A stretch of 32,000 nucleotides of DNA from Candidatus Heimdallarchaeota archaeon (lineage in GTDB: Archaea > Asgardarchaeota > Heimdallarchaeia > Heimdallarchaeales > Kariarchaeaceae). The translations under genes were made by a program, and so were the position numbers. The notes beneath the pieces were generated by a model that made no database searches, was not told the origin of the DNA, and saw only the letters and a program-made list of their open reading frames with translations. Shown piece by piece: positions 25,871-32,000 of the stretch; position 1 is the stretch's first letter; every line of letters begins with the position of its first letter. The stretch covers positions 180,001-212,000 of the forward strand of contig JASBSB010000006.1 in NCBI GenBank assembly GCA_030149205.1. Direction: 5' to 3'.

Positions 25871-28800
25871 TTATAATTTGCTCAATGTCCCATTATTTGG
25901 TCTATACAAACCCCCTTGTTTGACTAAATCACGGATTGCTTTTTCAACAAATTCAGAAGACAGTCCGGCTTGTTCTGCCTCAGCATACACTTCACTATCC
26001 TTAAAAGGTCCAGATGAGATGTTTTGAAGATGATCAATGATTTGCATTAATCTTGAAATCTTTGACCTTCTTACCGAAGTAATACCGCTTGCAAAGGCAT
26101 CATAATCCAATTGACCAGATTCTGGATCAATAGCTATTTGAGTGAGGCTATATTTTATGAGGTCTATTGCTTTCTGAGCATCCTGTTTTGTAACTGTGTC
26201 TCGTAGTGCGATCCTTGCTCTTGCCTCTGCTAATCTCACTATCCCTTCTAGCTGCCTTGCAGTAACAGGGATTGAACCGTTTCCCTCAACGTTACCTGAG
26301 TTTCTTAAGTTAACATAGAAATCTTGGATCGTGTCTACAGATTCTCTGGAAAGCTTTGGATGAGATTTTTGTTTTGCAAAAGCAATATATTTTCGTAGTT
26401 TATCAAGGTCAATTGGTGGATTTTCAATGAGATTTGAATCATAGTTGAAATGCAAGTTTAAGATATGTTCTGCTTTTGATTGGTCTTCTTTCTCATCTGG
26501 AAGGTCTCGAAGCGTAAAAATAAGATCGAAACGCGACATAATTGCAGGGGACAAATTTACATTTTCAACAAAGGTTTGATTTGGGTTATATCTTCCTAAT
26601 TTGGGGTTTGCTGCTGCAAGTACCCCTGTTCGAGAATTTAAAGTTGCGACGATACCGGCCTTAGCTATACTTATGGTGTTATGACAGATTAAAGAACCAG
26701 ACAGAAAGTTTTGTTGTGGTTCCACTGTTATATCATAAACATACTCTGCGTTAGAAATTTGAGAACTTTCTATTGTTTGGACATCAACAACCCTTGCCCA
26801 TCCGAGCTGTAAAAGTTCACGAATCTCTTTGATTTCAGATTGTATATACACTAATACCTCACTATATTTTGAAATTAGCTGTTGGTTTTGAGATTTTAAA
26901 TCAGAATAAACCAGAATCTCTTCAAGGGAATTAAGACTGGATTGTAACTTGGACTTGGACGATTGGTTTAACTTTATTGGAACAAATTCATTATCCAGTA
27001 CCATTTGAAGCTCTTTAACCCTTAACGAAAAAAATTCAGGTAATGAGTCAGAATAACTGTTATCCCCATAAAGAGGAACATAGGTTGATATGGGAGTTTC
27101 TTTTGAATTTATTAGGTCAATTGATTGAGTGTTTAGATTAAAATAAAATAGGGGATGGTCATCTGTAACAACAAAAGAAATTCCATTTGAGAGCTTAATC
27201 AAAATAAACTGTTGCGGCCCTTTATGTCTTACCAACCTCATAATTTTTGAAGTTTGTTTTACTTTATCACCTAGGTCAAAGGAGTCTGTTTCAAGATATA
27301 AACCATCAACCCTTGATAAGTCGAGAATTTCACAGTTTGGAGCTGGTTCGATTTTCGTTTTATTTTCTGCAAAATATTTTTCTACAAGCTCTCCCAGCTT
27401 CCATTCAACGCCATTAATTTTTACTGGGTGATCAAAATGATAAGATTGTTGTTCCATTGCCTCATGTATAGCCGATCGATCATTGTCACTCATTTTATCA
27501 AATTCATCTATCAGACATACACCTTTATCAGCAAGAACTAACGCACCTGCCTCTAAAGTTAAATCACCTGTATCAGGGTCTCGAATCACAGCTGCCGTAT
27601 TATGGATTAAAAACCCATTTCCGATAAAATTATGTGAATCTTTTACGGTCAAATCATATACAAAATCGAATTCAGACCTTACATAACTTACATCTGTAAT
27701 CTTACTCCATCCCAGAGTGCTCTTTTTAAGATTGTCAATAAAATTTAACTGGTTTACAATATAGGAATGTTTTGCCTCCAACCTTCTTAATAAGTCTTTG
27801 AGAAACACTACAGTCGTAGTTGGTAAAAGTAGTTCCATGTTACGAATTATATTTTGAAGATGAGAGTAGCTAATTTTTATATTTGTGTCCTGATTTGGGT
27901 CGCCAAACAACAGTTGAGCAAGTTCTTTTTCAGTAACTGATAGCAATAATGACACCTTTCTTAAACTAGAGAAATCTACAAGTTTATGAAGCAAAGTTTG
28001 GATTTCTATCTCGGTTAATTTCGAGGATAAATTTTGGAGCAATGGAGTTTCACTTGTGACACTTTCGAGGTATTGGAGCTTAAGCTCCTGTTTCAACCCT
28101 TCAGATTTATCAAGGACATATTTTTGAATTTGTGGGTCTCCATTTACTGTCGCAATGACATCCCCTCGGCTTAAACTTTTAGATTTCATCCAGACAAATC
28201 CATTAATTGGGTCAAATGTGAAAATTGAGGTTTCTGGTGTCATTCTAACTGAGTTACCGAAAGATTCTGTGACCTGTACAAGAAAAGGTGGAGCCTTAAT
28301 TTTCCAAACATTTTCAATGAGCCCCTCTTTTTGTTTTAAGTTCGCTGAATGAGTAGTTGCATTATTTCCTATTAATTCCATTGACTGTTCAAGAGGTGAC
28401 TCCAAACCAACCTTTTTACTTAAGTGAAAAACAGGTTCAATTAAATCTTTTATTTTTATTAGATTCGAATTTATGGTGATTTCTGTATCTCCAGCAACAC
28501 AAAGCCCTGCTGCACTCGATCCTTTCCCAGATGTGTAAACTCCACGTGGTGCGATCTTATGAACAGCTTTGAGTAACTGGGATTTTGCCACCCCAGGGTC
28601 ACCAACCAATAAGATATTAGTTTGTCCCCTTGTTTTAAATCCATTCGGATGAACTTTGTCCACCCCTCCAAAGAGGAAAAACATAATTGCCTCTTTCTCC
28701 TTTTCTAGCCCCTTGATCTGAGGGGCAAGTGATTGAATAACCATATCATAAATATCTGGGGATTGAGAGAGTTCCAAAAACTCATTCTCCTCCTCCAAGG

Positions 28801-29629
28801 TTATCTCTGTTAGATCTGTATCTTTGTTCATCGGTTCAACAAACACTGCATCAACCCAAAGATCCAGAATAGCTTGTTTACCCTTCTTAAATCCTTCTGC
28901 ATTTCTCGTTTTTACTATTCCAGTTAGAATAGCCCGATCTCCTGGTCTTACTATGTCAACTAAATCATCCATCAATCTACAGGAAATTGATTTGGGGCTA
29001 GCACCAGAAACCAACTCCTCTGGTCTCTCTTGAAGAGTTATGGACTGCCAATCAATTAAGTTGGAGTCAGCAATGGAGAGAAAAAAATCTTTACTCCTAC
29101 ATGTTGGCTCACTACATCTTCTGGGAGTGGAATAGTTCCCTTGCACAAGAGGAACAAGTACAGAATGTTCTGGATTTTCCCTGCAAATAAAATGTGCAGT
29201 AACCATCAGTGGTTTAATTTCAGAGGTTCTAACCACTATACCCTCAATAACTTTTAATGCACCAATCTGGTTACTTCGAATATTTCTTAACTCAATCTTT
29301 GATGGTACGTTCGTAAATCTTGCGTGAAATTTGTCTCGATTAAAGAGTGTAATTTCTTGGAAATATTCAAAATCTTCTTGTTTGATTTGATTCTCAAGAG
29401 CAAGAGTCGCTGCCTCAATTGTCTCTTCGGGGAGTTCAATTAAAGCAGAGCTTAATCCCAGCTCATGTGTTGCATCCATGAGATATAGATCATTAAAATC
29501 TATGACTAGGCTTCTTTCCCCATCTTTAATCATTCTTGTAATTTCATCGTCATATCTATAACTCCCATCTTCGGCTTGGAAATTCTTGAAGAACTCCAAA
29601 AACCCGTTCATCAAATCTTGGTCAAGCAT
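25871..29629 (-). CDS. mcm: MCM replicative helicase precursor with two inteins (about 695 aa after splicing)
   Basis: QERPEE, Walker A GDPGVAKS, Walker B IDEFDKM, Arg finger SRFD, TARQLE, C-terminal winged helix. 1252-301-256=695 aa. Zn finger C-x5-H-x16-C-x4-C. Confidence 0.97.
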   Translation of the reverse strand: MLDQDLMNGFLEFFKNFQAEDGSYRYDDEITRMIKDGERSLVIDFNDLYLMDATHELGLSSALIELPEETIEAATLALENQIKQEDFEYFQEITLFNRDKFHARFTNVPSKIELRNIRSNQIGALKVIEGIVVRTSEIKPLMVTAHFICRENPEHSVLVPLVQGNYSTPRRCSEPTCRSKDFFLSIADSNLIDWQSITLQERPEELVSGASPKSISCRLMDDLVDIVRPGDRAILTGIVKTRNAEGFKKGKQAILDLWVDAVFVEPMNKDTDLTEITLEEENEFLELSQSPDIYDMVIQSLAPQIKGLEKEKEAIMFFLFGGVDKVHPNGFKTRGQTNILLVGDPGVAKSQLLKAVHKIAPRGVYTSGKGSSAAGLCVAGDTEITINSNLIKIKDLIEPVFHLSKKVGLESPLEQSMELIGNNATTHSANLKQKEGLIENVWKIKAPPFLVQVTESFGNSVRMTPETSIFTFDPINGFVWMKSKSLSRGDVIATVNGDPQIQKYVLDKSEGLKQELKLQYLESVTSETPLLQNLSSKLTEIEIQTLLHKLVDFSSLRKVSLLLSVTEKELAQLLFGDPNQDTNIKISYSHLQNIIRNMELLLPTTTVVFLKDLLRRLEAKHSYIVNQLNFIDNLKKSTLGWSKITDVSYVRSEFDFVYDLTVKDSHNFIGNGFLIHNTAAVIRDPDTGDLTLEAGALVLADKGVCLIDEFDKMSDNDRSAIHEAMEQQSYHFDHPVKINGVEWKLGELVEKYFAENKTKIEPAPNCEILDLSRVDGLYLETDSFDLGDKVKQTSKIMRLVRHKGPQQFILIKLSNGISFVVTDDHPLFYFNLNTQSIDLINSKETPISTYVPLYGDNSYSDSLPEFFSLRVKELQMVLDNEFVPIKLNQSSKSKLQSSLNSLEEILVYSDLKSQNQQLISKYSEVLVYIQSEIKEIRELLQLGWARVVDVQTIESSQISNAEYVYDITVEPQQNFLSGSLICHNTISIAKAGIVATLNSRTGVLAAANPKLGRYNPNQTFVENVNLSPAIMSRFDLIFTLRDLPDEKEDQSKAEHILNLHFNYDSNLIENPPIDLDKLRKYIAFAKQKSHPKLSRESVDTIQDFYVNLRNSGNVEGNGSIPVTARQLEGIVRLAEARARIALRDTVTKQDAQKAIDLIKYSLTQIAIDPESGQLDYDAFASGITSVRRSKISRLMQIIDHLQNISSGPFKDSEVYAEAEQAGLSSEFVEKAIRDLVKQGGLYRPNNGTLSKL
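26678..27445 (-). mobile_element. Intein 2 in MCM (256 aa, aa 729-984), Ser1-initiated, no LAGLIDADG motif
   Basis: Interrupts HEAMEQQ|TISIAKAG. Starts SYHFDH, block B VTDDHP, block F VYDITV, ends CHN with +1 Thr. Confidence 0.92.
27599..28501 (-). mobile_element. Intein 1 in MCM (301 aa, aa 377-677), no LAGLIDADG motif
   Basis: Interrupts SSAAGL|TAAV. Starts CVAGDT, block F VYDLTV, ends IHN with +1 Thr. Confidence 0.93.
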
Positions 29630-29846
29630 TGTATTAAGTTACCCCGTAAATTGAAGAATATATGAGTGTAATTCAATGATTCTATATTTATGATTAATCT
29701 TAGGTGGCTCAATTAAAAGTGAAGCAATAAATTTATGAAAGAACAATTTATGGTAACAAATAAAACAGACAACTATGTTTCTTTTGAGTAACTAAAGAAA
29801 CCACTAGATGTCTTCATAAAATCATAACTTTTTACTGAATTTAACT

Positions 29847-29863
29847 GAAAAGGTTTATTTAAA
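29847..29863 (+). promoter_or_regulatory. Putative BRE + TATA (GAAAAG-G-TTTATTTAAA)
   Basis: The TATA ends about 25 nt upstream of the GTG at 29888. Confidence 0.45.
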
Positions 29864-29887
29864 CGATTTCCTTACAATCTAATCAGC

Positions 29888-30298
29888 GTGAATTCGACCT
29901 GTCAATATCATCCTGACATAGAAGCATCCACCAATTGCCAAAAATGTAAATCTCCAATTTGTGAAATTGATCTACAAACTGAAGATCAAACGTTAATAAT
30001 TTATGATAACGGGTATTTTGGACAGAAGATACCACCAAAAGACATCTGCATTCCTTGTTACCAAGCACAAAATACACCGAGTTTTAATCCTATTCTTTTG
30101 CTAAGCACAATTTTAGGTCTCTCTGTGGCTCTTGTACCTTTTTTTCAATTTGGTGGTGATGGATTTTTGTATTATTTTTGGATATTGATGTCCTCGATAA
30201 TACTTTTTCCTGTTATTATTATGTTTTCTTTGAAATTAACGATTTATAATTCTAAAAAGAAATACAAAACTACCTTGATTTATGGATCTGGAAGCTGA
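29888..30298 (+). CDS. B-box-like Zn-finger protein with two TM helices (paralog A)
   Basis: C5-x2-H8-x8-C17-x2-C20-x4-C25-x2-D28-x25-C54-x2-C57, followed by two hydrophobic helices. Confidence 0.75.
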   Translation: MNSTCQYHPDIEASTNCQKCKSPICEIDLQTEDQTLIIYDNGYFGQKIPPKDICIPCYQAQNTPSFNPILLLSTILGLSVALVPFFQFGGDGFLYYFWILMSSIILFPVIIMFSLKLTIYNSKKKYKTTLIYGSGS

Positions 30299-30516
30299 GA
30301 AATAAAAGTAAATTGAGAGCTTTGGAAATTTTTCATATAAAGTTATTTTTCTTATTCCGTAGATTTAGTTTGATAAATCGAAAAAGGATGATATACAATT
30401 TCGGAATGATTTATTTAACTTCGTACAGAAAAAAATGACAATAATTTTTTGATTTTTTGAGTAAACTCAGATATGTACTGAAAAAGATTTAATTAGTCAA
30501 AGAGAGGATTGTATGT

Positions 30517-31095
30517 ATGAGCAACACGACAGTTTGTGCTTATCATCCAGACAGATATGCAGTCAATATCTGTGAACGTTGCAGAAGTCCAATCTGTGCA
30601 AATGATCTCAGAGTATATCGAAAAACGAGAACAGAATGGGTGGGTGAAGTTGCAACTGAGAGTGTAGAAAGTTTTAATTATTGTCTCCCCTGTTTTGCTG
30701 ACCAAACTACTCAGGATGTGAACCCTTCAGGAGTACTAATTATAGCTAGTGTAATTATTGTATTATTTCTAGCCTTTTTTCAAATTGCCTCAAGAGATTT
30801 TGCCGGGTTTTTTATTTTGTTTGCTCTTGCTGCAGTTATTATCACTCTAGTGGGCTATTTAAACAAAAAAAGTAAAGCTGAAAAAGCTCAATCAGAACTT
30901 ATGATGTTTCAACAGGGTCTTGAGAGCTATGACAAAGGCAGTAAAAGAAATTCAAATACACATTTAACCTCTAGCCATAATAAGTTGGAGATTAATTGCT
31001 TCCAGTGTGGACAGATTTTGCAAAAAGGAGATAGATTCTGTAACAACTGTGGAGATTCCACTGAAGATGAGAAAATGGTGTTTGGAGAATTCTAA
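30517..31095 (+). CDS. B-box-like Zn-finger protein with two TM helices and C-terminal zinc ribbon (paralog B)
   Basis: Same ligand spacing as paralog A (C7,H10,C19,C22,C27,D30,C56,C59), two TM helices, then CFQCG...FCNNCG. Confidence 0.82.
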   Translation: MSNTTVCAYHPDRYAVNICERCRSPICANDLRVYRKTRTEWVGEVATESVESFNYCLPCFADQTTQDVNPSGVLIIASVIIVLFLAFFQIASRDFAGFFILFALAAVIITLVGYLNKKSKAEKAQSELMMFQQGLESYDKGSKRNSNTHLTSSHNKLEINCFQCGQILQKGDRFCNNCGDSTEDEKMVFGEF

Positions 31096-31105
31096 AATGA
31101 AACAT

Positions 31106-31135
31106 TATTGTACTAACCTGGATTAAGGTACAATA
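31106..31135 (+). terminator. Stem-loop just downstream of paralog B stop codon
   Basis: TATTGTAC (31106-31113) pairs with GTACAATA (31128-31135). The stem is AT-rich and no U-tract follows. Confidence 0.25.
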
Positions 31136-31324
31136 CATTGATTTGAAAGATCAATTTAGAAATTATATCCCTAGAAATTGAAAATTTTAGTTGTTTGTTC
31201 TAAAGAGATCCACGTTGATCTTCTCTATTTTATTTTGAAATAATAGATAACAACTGTGAAGAAGATGTGTTAATTTAACCTATTAAACTGCAAAAATTTT
31301 TAAAATGGAAGGAAATAGAGCCTC

Positions 31325-31891
31325 ATGTACTCAGGAGAGCTCGTAATTTTAAGACTACTTGATAAGACGTATATAGACTCAATGACTGCACAGATGAGAG
31401 AATATAACTCACTAAAATCAGTTGGGAGGGTCTTTCCAATATCAAGGAGTATTGAGGAAAATTTTGTTGAACACACCCTTAATCAGTACAAAAAGGGATC
31501 TGGTTATTATTTCGCAATGGTAAACAAAAACACCGATGAGCTTCTGGGTACCTGCTCATTAGACAATATCGATCCTAAGGATAGGAGAGGTGTCTTGGGA
31601 ATATTGATTTTTCAGGCAAAAAACCAAAACATGGGATATGGGACTGACGCCATGAAACTGTTATTATGGTTTGGTTTCACAGCGTTAAATCTTCACAGAA
31701 TTGAACTGACGGTTTTCGATTTTAATGAGATTGCTATCCATGTATATGAAAAAGTAGGATTTACAAAAGTTGGGAGAAAAAGAGAGGCATACTTTGTTGA
31801 TGGGGTGTATAATGATGTATTGGTTATGGATATATTAGAGGGAGAGTATTATTCAAACCATCCCAGAGGTAGTAAACCTCCATGGGAATGA
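31325..31891 (+). CDS. GNAT N-acetyltransferase, RimJ/RimL/SpeG-like
   Basis: QNMGYGTDAMKLLLWFGF..LNLHRIELTVFDFNEIAIHVYEKVGF. Confidence 0.92.
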   Translation: MYSGELVILRLLDKTYIDSMTAQMREYNSLKSVGRVFPISRSIEENFVEHTLNQYKKGSGYYFAMVNKNTDELLGTCSLDNIDPKDRRGVLGILIFQAKNQNMGYGTDAMKLLLWFGFTALNLHRIELTVFDFNEIAIHVYEKVGFTKVGRKREAYFVDGVYNDVLVMDILEGEYYSNHPRGSKPPWE

Positions 31892-31972
31892 AATTAAGAA
31901 TTTACTTTTAAAAGACTCTAGAGTGAATAATTATAAATGAAGAATTTAGGGTAACACAGAGAAAGATTTGAG

Positions 31973-32000
31973 ATGGATATTGATGAGTTAGATTTAGATT
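31973..32000 (+). CDS. Possible start of an Lrp/AsnC-type regulator (3'-truncated)
   Basis: Only 9 codons are visible (MDIDELDLD). They resemble the usual Lrp N-terminus lDelDxxIl. Confidence 0.25.

Noticed and set aside
29630-29887. Possible replication origin upstream of mcm
   Set aside because: No ORB or mini-ORB repeats (TCCAxTGGAAA-like) and no cdc6/orc1 gene are in the window.
451-30705. Remaining short ORFs of the six-frame track (e.g. 451..924, 9787..10095, 16555..16857, 22416..22745, 23475..23681, 30493..30705)
   Set aside because: They lie antisense to or out of frame with well-supported genes, and show no motifs or translation signals.
31202-31226. Imperfect inverted repeat AGATC-CACGTT-GATCT
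   Set aside because: The stem is only 5 bp and not significant.

Overview
AT-rich archaeal chromosomal window, most likely from an Asgard archaeon. This is inferred from several eukaryotic-signature proteins occurring together: a two-domain gelsolin, a TPR-longin fusion, an Arf/Rag-like GTPase fused to a roadblock domain, a typical-class LRR protein and B-box-like Zn-finger membrane proteins. Housekeeping genes are tsr3 (partial), archaeal/eukaryote-type proS, a type IA topoisomerase and an mcm-gins23 pair; the MCM carries two endonuclease-less inteins. Other content: a MacB/FtsX-type ABC operon whose second ATPase has a 386-aa N-terminal domain of unknown fold, an orphan N6-adenine DNA methyltransferase, an APC permease, two GNATs, an alpha/beta hydrolase and two unassigned ORFs. 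The most striking element is a subtilase preceded by 32 in-phase 15-bp repeats encoding the aromatic pentapeptide PYWSV and its variants, followed by a helical prodomain. This gene probably starts at a non-canonical ATA codon that restores a twin-arginine-like signal peptide. Two C-terminal short motifs also stand out: a MinD-like membrane-targeting helix on the gelsolin and an ESCRT-III MIM1-like motif on the GTPase-roadblock protein. No rRNA, tRNA, CRISPR array or IS element was recognised. All family assignments come from motif recognition by eye; no database search was run.
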